51,000 nt of DNA from a virus (lineage: Duplodnaviria > Caudoviricetes). Shown in pieces: positions 28,959 to 36,222 of this stretch. The notes beneath the pieces were generated by a model. That model saw nothing but the letters and a program-made list of their open reading frames with translations, ran no database searches and was not told where the DNA came from. The stretch's first letter is position 1. The number at the start of each line of letters is the position of its first letter. A program made the translations under genes and the position numbers. The stretch spans positions 1-51,000 of IMG/VR virus record IMGVR_UViG_3300020409_000025; one strand, given 5' to 3'.

Positions 28959-29256
28959 GTTGTGACCTCCTCTATAATTTTATTCCATGCTTCTTGTAGT
29001 TCGTCTTTCATTTTCTTATCATCAGAGCTTTGCATTTTATCAAATACAAACTCATCTACAATATCTAATGCTTCTTCAATTCTCATGCGACCTCCTCATC
29101 TTCGTCAATAATTTTATATTCCCACCAACCATTAGACTCATAAACTCCATCTTGAAATGCTTCCATTTCTTCAATGGTTTTAAAAGTATAAGTTTTGGTT
29201 TCTTCTTCATTTGTTCCCCACACAATAGTTAGGGAATAACCTTTTGTTGCCATGTT

Positions 29257-29439
29257 TTACCTCAAATTGTTTTTAACTATATGCCAACACTTAGCTACAT
29301 ATTCTGCATCTTCTGTGTCAGCTTCACCTTCATACTGAGCAATAAAATCACTGATGACTTCATCAACAACTCCTAATGCTTCTGATACTGAACGAGGGTT
29401 TTCATACCTTTGATATTCACAGTGTATTATTTCTGCCAT
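29257..29439 (-). CDS. Hypothetical protein
   Basis: GAGGT SD. Confidence 0.6.
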   Translation of the reverse strand: MAEIIHCEYQRYENPRSVSEALGVVDEVISDFIAQYEGEADTEDAEYVAKCWHIVKNNLR

Positions 29440-29532
29440 ATTTATTTACCTCTATTTTATTTCTTTTAATTAAACTAGCTCTGATATTATCAAGAGTCTT
29501 TTCAGTCACTTTACCATTGTGTTTGACTTTCA

Positions 29533-29727
29533 TTACTCTACTTCTGGAGACTCTTCAAATCTTTTTTGAACTACCAGATGAATTAAATCATCATGTGATA
29601 ACTTATCTTCGTAAGCATCTTTATAAGTCATACCAAGTTCTTCTAACAAATCTTGTGCGGAAAAGTTAGAAGAGATTACTTGCATTTCTAAATGCTCTTT
29701 GATTGTTTCATTGTGTGCGTTAGACAT
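29533..29727 (-). CDS. Hypothetical protein
   Basis: Coupled ORF in the early cluster. Confidence 0.6.
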   Translation of the reverse strand: MSNAHNETIKEHLEMQVISSNFSAQDLLEELGMTYKDAYEDKLSHDDLIHLVVQKRFEESPEVE

Positions 29728-29997
29728 TTATTTTTTCTCCAATTTTTCTAAGCGTTCTACTATATCTTGTAAACGGTCATTAACCCAATCACTAACCAGT
29801 TCTTCTACTTGACATTCTATATCGTAAAAGGTCGGTCTTTCATTTAACTCGGACTCATTTGAGTTAGCTAAATCATTAACAACTTCTATCTCTGCTTCAA
29901 GTCTTTCGACTTCAGTAAAGACTCTATCGTTTATATAGTCATCAAGTTTAATTAGCTTTCTTAAAAAGTCAGCTACCATTTGTCTTAAATATTTCAT
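29728..29997 (-). CDS. Hypothetical coiled-coil protein
   Basis: GAGGT SD. Confidence 0.6.
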   Translation of the reverse strand: MKYLRQMVADFLRKLIKLDDYINDRVFTEVERLEAEIEVVNDLANSNESELNERPTFYDIECQVEELVSDWVNDRLQDIVERLEKLEKK

Positions 29998-30180
29998 ATT
30001 TACCTCTTTATTTATTCTTCAGTATAGCCGTCAAACCAAACACCCTTTAAACGAGTATCTTCTCTCTGACAATGCTCTTGTGCTTCCTCTTCGGTAAGCC
30101 CTGTTTTAATAACCTTCTGATTATCAGGGTGGTTATAATCTCTATAAAATCTAACTATTTTATAAGTCATTTTTACCTCT

Positions 30181-30450
30181 CTAGTTATTTAAGTTAGTTA
30201 AAATATATTCGCCACTATCTATTTTCATTTGAGTCACACCTTTGTTCTCACCTAAAAACATATTTCTGTAGCGACCAGTAGTGACAGAATAATCCCAATA
30301 ATATTCATCAAGATATATTTTACCACCATACACTCTCTTAGCTATGATTGAGTTGTAGCTCTGAAAATAAGTTGCATCATCTGTTCTTATTTCAAACTGA
30401 TTAGCAACTGCATTACCATTACTACTTATCATGTTTCTTACTTTTACCAT
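30181..30450 (-). CDS. Conserved phage early protein (NGNAVANQF...FQSYNSIIA...YSVTTGRYRN)
   Basis: Motif pattern recurrent in phage early regions; GGAGGT SD before the ATG at 30450. Confidence 0.7.
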   Translation of the reverse strand: MVKVRNMISSNGNAVANQFEIRTDDATYFQSYNSIIAKRVYGGKIYLDEYYWDYSVTTGRYRNMFLGENKGVTQMKIDSGEYILTNLNN

Positions 30451-30564
30451 TAATACCTCCATTAATTTTAATAGTTTTAGTTTTACTAGACTCAACATTC
30501 TTTTTTAAAGGTATGCCTTGTCTAATTCTGTCCATCATTTCCATGTGTTCTTTCATTGTCATTG

Positions 30565-30792
30565 TCATTTAGTTTCCTCATAAATTTCATTTACATTACC
30601 ACCTTCCATTAATACATTAACATTTAACCTTTGAGTAGAAATGTTTTCTATCCAATGTTTAGGTATTTCAAAAGTATTCATTACTATATCTTCAGCTTCG
30701 TAATCATTTTTAGCAAGTATAAAAACTTTATGTAAGCCTTCAAATTTATCAGAACGATATAATATTCTGTATTCATTCATAGTTGTTTTCAT
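30565..30792 (-). CDS. Hypothetical protein
   Basis: Coupled ORF. Confidence 0.6.
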   Translation of the reverse strand: MKTTMNEYRILYRSDKFEGLHKVFILAKNDYEAEDIVMNTFEIPKHWIENISTQRLNVNVLMEGGNVNEIYEETK

Positions 30793-31013
30793 TTAGTTTC
30801 CTCCTCATCTTTTACTAATCTAAGTTTTGGTTTAAGTCTTCTAAGTTTCTCCTCTGCTCTTTTACTAACCTCATCTATCTTCCGCATAGTCCTTGAACAA
30901 CTTGCAAGATATTTAATTTCGTCTAAAGCAAAGTCTAACATATCATCTTCTAAGTCTTTAAATACTCGAGCTACAGCTATCGCTTCTTCTTCTGTCAATA
31001 CTCTAAACTTCAT
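30789..31013 (-). CDS. Hypothetical protein
   Basis: Coupled ORF with GGAGG SD. Confidence 0.6.
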   Translation of the reverse strand: MKFRVLTEEEAIAVARVFKDLEDDMLDFALDEIKYLASCSRTMRKIDEVSKRAEEKLRRLKPKLRLVKDEEETK

Positions 31014-31198
31014 GCTTCCTCCTTTATTTCTTCTAAATCTTCAACAGTCATATCTTCACAAAGATGTTCCAAAGGTTTTAATCTCCCTTTAAAATAAAAT
31101 TCTTTTATAGTTCCGTCTTTGTTTAGAATTTCATTACCTTCTTCATCAGATACATAGAATTTTATATCTAGTACATTTACATACATTTCTTTACTCAT
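31010..31198 (-). CDS. Hypothetical protein
   Basis: GAGGT SD. Confidence 0.6.
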   Translation of the reverse strand: MSKEMYVNVLDIKFYVSDEEGNEILNKDGTIKEFYFKGRLKPLEHLCEDMTVEDLEEIKEEA

Positions 31199-31343
31199 GC
31201 TTTACCTCTAAGTTCTTTCATTTCTTGTTTAAACTTTTGTATTGCTTCTCGCTTAGTGTAAAAGTAATAAACTCTTGTTTCCAAGTAGCCATTAACTTCA
31301 TCACATATTCGCCAAGCTCCTTCTCTATTTTTGTCTATGTCCA

Positions 31344-31535
31344 TTATTTGTTCTCCTTGTTATAAAGCCATAAATCTACTGGAAAAATTTCAAAGTCATC
31401 TAACTCCTCTGGCTCATTTCCATCGCCAATCCTTTGTTCATTATTTTCTTTTAACCATTCTTCAGGGTTATCTGTAAGTGCGACAAATTCTGTTTCGCCA
31501 TAAGAATTTATGTAATCAATTTGATATAGTTTCAT
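31344..31535 (-). CDS. Hypothetical acidic protein
   Basis: GAGGAGG SD. Confidence 0.6.
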   Translation of the reverse strand: MKLYQIDYINSYGETEFVALTDNPEEWLKENNEQRIGDGNEPEELDDFEIFPVDLWLYNKENK

Positions 31536-31810
31536 TGTTATTCCTCCTCTACTTCAAATTCAATGTTAGATAGATTTAATCTATCATTAACTTCATCTAT
31601 TGCTTCTTCATAAGTTTCAGCTTCTACTTCAAACTCAAACTCTCCTTTAACTATAAATCTTTTCATGCTACCTCCTTTGTATAAGTTAAACAATCGTTAT
31701 CAATTAACTCTTTTAAATAATTAATAACTTCTGCATCAGTAAGTTCATAATCGTTTTTATGATTATCAAACTCTAGTTCTATAATTACTTTAGTCATGCG
31801 ACCTCCTCGC

Positions 31811-32230
31811 TTAACTGTTATACCATAAGTCAAAAGCCTCTACAGTTTCGACAATATTTTCATCACCATTTGAAAGAGCTTCAAAGATACTCTTCAAAAG
31901 ATTACCATGATAAAGACTATATTTAGTCTGCTCTTCATTACTCCATTCAATGAAAGGTTTCATTACATCATCAATGTAATAACCATTAGTCTGTAAGATA
32001 CCATTCCCCATGTAAGTAATCCCATAACCATTTACATACCTACGAAAATCATAAACATCTTCATCGTCTTTATGTAAGTCGATTATTGTTTTCATGTGGA
32101 TTGCTACCTTAATTAAATCATCAATCAAACTACACATATCTATGTGTCCTTGATTATCAGGATTTTTCTCATTAAACTTTTTTCTTCTATTATAAAGGTC
32201 AGTCTTTTCTACAGTTGCAAGTGTTTCCAA
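31811..32230 (-). CDS. Hypothetical protein
   Basis: TTG start with GGAGGT SD. Confidence 0.65.
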   Translation of the reverse strand: METLATVEKTDLYNRRKKFNEKNPDNQGHIDMCSLIDDLIKVAIHMKTIIDLHKDDEDVYDFRRYVNGYGITYMGNGILQTNGYYIDDVMKPFIEWSNEEQTKYSLYHGNLLKSIFEALSNGDENIVETVEAFDLWYNS

Positions 32231-32231
32231 T

Positions 32232-32462
32232 TTATACCTCCTTCTTTATCATTGGTTCTGCTTTTAACGATACAGCTTTACCACCACATTCTTTTTCCAT
32301 TATATGCCCAAGCGTATTAATGGTTAAAGATATTGCGAGTGAAGCTATAAAGTAATGTTCACTACCTGCATAGTCTTTCATAAAGGTATGTAGTTCCTCT
32401 ATGCTATCAAAAGCAGTGAACATATTAGTCTGTTGTATTTGTAAAGGCTTAGGTTTAGCCAT
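32232..32462 (-). CDS. Hypothetical protein
   Basis: First gene after early promoter P3. Confidence 0.65.
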   Translation of the reverse strand: MAKPKPLQIQQTNMFTAFDSIEELHTFMKDYAGSEHYFIASLAISLTINTLGHIMEKECGGKAVSLKAEPMIKKEV

Positions 32463-32507
32463 AGTTTTATCTCCATTTAGTTTATATTTCTCTTTCGAGG
32501 TGGCACT

Positions 32508-32550
32508 ACTTTAGCCGAACCACCTCCAAAAAGCAATATGTGTAAGACTA
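32508..32550 (-). promoter_or_regulatory. Early promoter P3 with upstream TAGTCTTACAC box
   Basis: TTGCTT-17-TAAAGT; the 11-bp box ends 3 nt upstream of the -35. Confidence 0.7.
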
Positions 32551-32558
32551 CTATAAGC

Positions 32559-32964
32559 GATAGCTAGTAAGGGTAGGAGAGTTATATGAAAAAAATGCCC
32601 TCACTAGCTATCTAAATTTATCGGCTCTAATAATTAACAGTTTAGATTTAAAGCAATCCCGTGAATTAATTGCTACCGATTATATAAATAATTTATGACC
32701 ACTTCCTGTCGGTTAATCCTAAATCGGTGTGGCTGTTTCAAGAACACATTAATAACTGTCACTCTGAAATTATTTATAAATTTTGTCGGTGGTCAGCTAA
32801 TCTAAGTTCAAGATTTACGAGTATATAAATACACTCTACTCCCAGTTTCTATTAGCATTAGCCAACCACCTGTGGTTAGTATCCCCGAATTTAATCTAGG
32901 CTTTATAACTAACCACTTTAAATGTCTGACTTCTGATATAAGTATTAACACCCAGACATTTAAA
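32559..32964 (-). ncRNA. Array of six abutting RNA hairpins (candidate small-RNA cluster)
   Basis: Inverted repeats at 32559-32612, 32620-32680, 32683-32778, 32788-32870, 32872-32916 and 32917-32964. G-U pairs in the 32788-32870 stem favour the minus strand. No ORF. Confidence 0.6.
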
Positions 32965-33385
32965 CATTCAATATTTCTATTTCTTCTTCGAACTCCTTTG
33001 AAACCTTATCTATAATCTTCGATAATGTATTGCATTCTCTATCAAGATAGTCATAAAGTTTTTCAATTCCAGTATTACATTCTGTCCATCTCAAAGCTCC
33101 AATATGAACAAGATATTCTTGCTTTACCCAGTCATCATGTTCTTCGCTGTAATACACATTCCATTGGTCTTCAGTAGAGTCTTTATCTACTTCCAAGATA
33201 TGAATATCAGAGTAGTCAAGATTATTAACTCCGATATATTCATCATCATCTTTTAGATTACAACACTTAGTTAAATCTCTAGTGGGTTTAACCTCGACAT
33301 GCCCTTCAATCTCTATCATGTAGCAATAGTTTTTATTGGACTTCAAGATAGCTTCAAGCAATCTGTATATATATGGTTTTATCAT
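32960..33385 (-). CDS. Hypothetical acidic protein
   Basis: GAGGAGGTG SD. Confidence 0.65.
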   Translation of the reverse strand: MIKPYIYRLLEAILKSNKNYCYMIEIEGHVEVKPTRDLTKCCNLKDDDEYIGVNNLDYSDIHILEVDKDSTEDQWNVYYSEEHDDWVKQEYLVHIGALRWTECNTGIEKLYDYLDRECNTLSKIIDKVSKEFEEEIEILNV

Positions 33386-33829
33386 TTACACCTCCTCATC
33401 ATCTGTAAATTCTTTTTCATCTAATAAGACCTGCAAAGCCATATTAAACTTAGTGGATTTATCTAACTTTTCTCCAATATCTTTTTCCATTTTATGAATA
33501 TCCCATAAAAAGTTTCTTCTAGTTTGTTCATCAAGTCTATTTAAAACTTCATGATATTGCCTATTGTTTTCTTCTGCAACAGGTGTTGTTGGATATAGGT
33601 CTTTGAGATGATAAGTCAATTTAACTAAATCATAACCACTATCTATAAAGCGATGTTTAATTAAATATTCTTCCAACTCTTTAAGAGCAGTGAACTCAGA
33701 TTTCTCATGGTCAACTTCATCACTATTTCGCCAATAGTAATTACACTCCTCACCTACTTTTGATAAAATGCCGTAGATAGCATTTATGTCTGATAGATTA
33801 TCAAATATCAACATATTATTTTCCTCCAT
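33386..33829 (-). CDS. Hypothetical acidic protein
   Basis: ORF in the early cluster. Confidence 0.65.
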   Translation of the reverse strand: MEENNMLIFDNLSDINAIYGILSKVGEECNYYWRNSDEVDHEKSEFTALKELEEYLIKHRFIDSGYDLVKLTYHLKDLYPTTPVAEENNRQYHEVLNRLDEQTRRNFLWDIHKMEKDIGEKLDKSTKFNMALQVLLDEKEFTDDEEV

Positions 33830-34112
33830 TTAAAAATTGTTCAAAGTAAAAACCTTCCTCGCCATAAATATCTATGTAGAGTTTTGCCATTTTAAATAGC
33901 TCAGGCATTAAATCAAACACTAATCTACTGTTATTACTATCCAAAGCAACAACACTATTAAATGCTTGATTAACTGCTTTTGCTATTACTTCTGCTCTTG
34001 TACTAGCAACTCCTCTGTCGATTAAAAACATAGCTACTAAGCTGTAAGTCGTAGTCAAATCGACATGATAATCACTGTGATTAAGACCAGTTTGATACAT
34101 TTTTTTTCTCAT
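33816..34112 (-). CDS. Hypothetical protein
   Basis: Coupled ORF. Confidence 0.6.
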   Translation of the reverse strand: MRKKMYQTGLNHSDYHVDLTTTYSLVAMFLIDRGVASTRAEVIAKAVNQAFNSVVALDSNNSRLVFDLMPELFKMAKLYIDIYGEEGFYFEQFLNGGK

Positions 34113-34489
34113 TTATTTTCCTCTCTAATTTTTCTCATAGTATCTACGAGCATTCTTTTTAAAATTCTTTGAATTTCATTCCAAGTTTTCCAACCTTCAA
34201 CTCCATGACCAGAGCTGCTTATATAAGGATTATCTACCAACCACTCATCAGTATATTTATCTCTGATACCTATTTCAAATAAACCATAATCTCCACCATA
34301 AGAACCACCATGACAGATAACAGTCACCATTAAGTTATCAAAGTAAAACATATACCATATACCACCTTTAACTCTATCATTACATGAGAAATTTTCCTTG
34401 TGATTTATAGGTCTTATTTCATCATTAACGACATCAATATTAGCAACGATACTTTCATATCCTGCTATCTCTATGCTATTTATTTTCAT
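34109..34489 (-). CDS. Hypothetical protein (SYGGDYGLFEI motif)
   Basis: Motif common in phage early proteins; GGAG SD. Confidence 0.65.
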   Translation of the reverse strand: MKINSIEIAGYESIVANIDVVNDEIRPINHKENFSCNDRVKGGIWYMFYFDNLMVTVICHGGSYGGDYGLFEIGIRDKYTDEWLVDNPYISSSGHGVEGWKTWNEIQRILKRMLVDTMRKIREENK

Positions 34490-34515
34490 ATCTTCTCCAT
34501 TTAAGATTTTAAGTA

Positions 34516-34866
34516 AGCAGTTTTAAATCATGCTCAGGATTTGTTATAATCTATTAACTCCCTCCAATATTAACAGCGAGTTTCTCTCTGTGTTTTTTTA
34601 TCTTTAAAGGATGATTATAACTCTCCTCCAACACCTTTAAAGATATCAGAGCAGTTTTAAATCATGCTCAGGATTTATATTCTCTCGAGATAAGAGAAAT
34701 TAAATCTGCACCTATCCAGAGTAATTAAACTCTGAATAGGATTTAGGGGGAGTGCCTTTATTTTTTTAAGTGCTTCTCGGACATATACTTGCACTATGAA
34801 CGATTGATACTTTTAGTTTCCCAGCAATTTGTATCATGCTTTTTTAATTCTTTGTTCCCCGACTGC
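34516..34866 (-). ncRNA. Structured non-coding leader with two identical 27-nt pseudoknot modules and SD-like loops
   Basis: Lies directly downstream of promoter P2. AGCAGTTTTAAATCATGCTCAGGATTT is repeated exactly at 34516-34542 and 34650-34676, with several hairpins around it. Confidence 0.6.
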
Positions 34867-34872
34867 CCCAAT

Positions 34873-34915
34873 ATAGTACCCCAAGTCGCCCAAAAACGCA
34901 ATAGGTGTAAGACTA
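34873..34915 (-). promoter_or_regulatory. Early promoter P2 with upstream TAGTCTTACAC box
   Basis: TTGCGT-17-TACTAT. Confidence 0.7.
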
Positions 34916-34924
34916 ATATGGACT

Positions 34925-35203
34925 CTATAACATGGTGACTTCATATTTATACCCCATATCCATTGAATTAGGGCTATCAAATTTATAAACAGTTTTCAAT
35001 AAAGCAAACTTATTCCTGTTGCCATATATAACATGCTTCTCATAATTAAAATTTTGAGCCGATTTAAAATTAAATCCCAAGCTATCTAAATACTCTTTAG
35101 CCTTTTCAATATTGCTAAAAGTTTTAACAGATAACTCTAAACTTTTTTTATAATCTGCTGCTAGTTTTTTATTAGCCCTTTTTTGTTCTGCCGATAGTTT
35201 CAT
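34925..35203 (-). CDS. Hypothetical early protein
   Basis: AGGAG SD; ATGA-coupled to the upstream ORF. Confidence 0.65.
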   Translation of the reverse strand: MKLSAEQKRANKKLAADYKKSLELSVKTFSNIEKAKEYLDSLGFNFKSAQNFNYEKHVIYGNRNKFALLKTVYKFDSPNSMDMGYKYEVTML

Positions 35204-35337
35204 ATACACTCCTGTTTTTTTACTAACTCTTGAACTTCATAGTAAATACCAAGATGTTGAGCAATAGCCCAAAAATCTGTAATATCACCACTAATATAAG
35301 CTTCTGCAAAAAGCTTTATTAAAGTTTCTTTATCCAT
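35200..35337 (-). CDS. First early ORF (45 aa, MDKETLIKLFAEAYISG...)
   Basis: GGAG SD, downstream of P1. Not in the ORF track. Confidence 0.55.
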   Translation of the reverse strand: MDKETLIKLFAEAYISGDITDFWAIAQHLGIYYEVQELVKKQECI

Positions 35338-35389
35338 AACACTCCATAATTTATATTGTTTTATAAAGATTTACCCGAAAGTCGCCAAC

Positions 35390-35433
35390 ACTTTAGCCCG
35401 ATTTCGCCCAAAAAGTCAAGAGGTGTAAGACTA
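35390..35433 (-). promoter_or_regulatory. Early promoter P1 with upstream TAGTCTTACAC box
   Basis: TTGACT-18-TAAAGT. Confidence 0.7.
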
Positions 35434-35527
35434 TAATAGCCCCCTCAACTTTACGCACACGCGATAAGTCGGCAAGATTTAAGTATTAGACTATAATTTT
35501 TCTAAAAAGTTCTGGGATTTATTAAGA

Positions 35528-35582
35528 TTTCACATAAAGTTCACAAAGATTTCACATAATATTTGCAAAGATTTAACAAAAG
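35528..35582 (+). repeat. Five 11-bp phased repeats (TTTCACA-type)
   Basis: Units start at 35528, 35539, 35550, 35561 and 35572; the last two are degenerate. Confidence 0.7.
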
Positions 35583-35922
35583 GTACAGTAATTTTAGTAT
35601 GTACCTTTATAATTTATGTACCTTTTAAGACTATTATGTGTACCTTCTACACTCTTTGCCCTCAACTTTACGCAGACGGGGGGCGTTCTAGTATAGTAAT
35701 AAGTAGGTTTATATATCATCTTTGTGAGTAGAAAACAGACAAACTAAACAAGACTTTTTAAAAACCCTACGGGTTGTGTGTTTTATGCTTTGCTAGGGGC
35801 AAAGATTAACAAAGCTTTAGAAAAGCTTTACCAAAAGTGAGGGGTGCTAAAGCACTCTTGAAGTTTTGCCTCACACAAGGTTCGGCAGGTTATTAACAGT
35901 GGAGTAGGGTTTTTAAAAAAAA

Positions 35923-35977
35923 TTTCACATGTTTGTCACATAAATGTCACAAAGATGTCACAATATTGACACAAAAT
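35923..35977 (+). repeat. Five 11-bp phased repeats (TGTCACA-type, Pho-box-like)
   Basis: TTTCACATGTT TGTCACATAAA TGTCACAAAGA TGTCACAATAT TGACACAAAAT. Confidence 0.75.
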
Positions 35978-36015
35978 TTATTGAACTTTTTATGAACTAA
36001 TTTTGTCTAATTAAC

Positions 36016-36222
36016 ATGAACGAAATACACATTCATTTTACAGACCAAATTCTAGGCGAGTCTTTTGCCCTAGTAGCCGAGTCAATGAAAGAAGCAAAGG
36101 ACATAATCAAAATTCATTTTGAGGAATTTGACCAAAAGCCATTTTTAGTCAAAGCACCAAAAATTTGGATTGAAAAAGAGATTAGCAATTATGCTATCTC
36201 ACTTTATAGGAGTGTCAAATAA
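36016..36222 (+). CDS. Hypothetical protein (possibly leaderless)
   Basis: No SD; TAATG-coupled to the next ORF. Confidence 0.6.
   Translation: MNEIHIHFTDQILGESFALVAESMKEAKDIIKIHFEEFDQKPFLVKAPKIWIEKEISNYAISLYRSVK

Noticed and set aside
32497-32526. GAGGTGG/CCACCTC inverted repeat as a seventh array hairpin or terminator
   Set aside because: It overlaps the P3 spacer, -10 and start site, so it is treated as part of the promoter. It may still fold in read-through transcripts.
34516-34676. 27-bp direct repeat pair as a mini-CRISPR
   Set aside because: There are only two copies, the 107-bp interval is too long for a spacer and is itself structured, and no cas operon is present.
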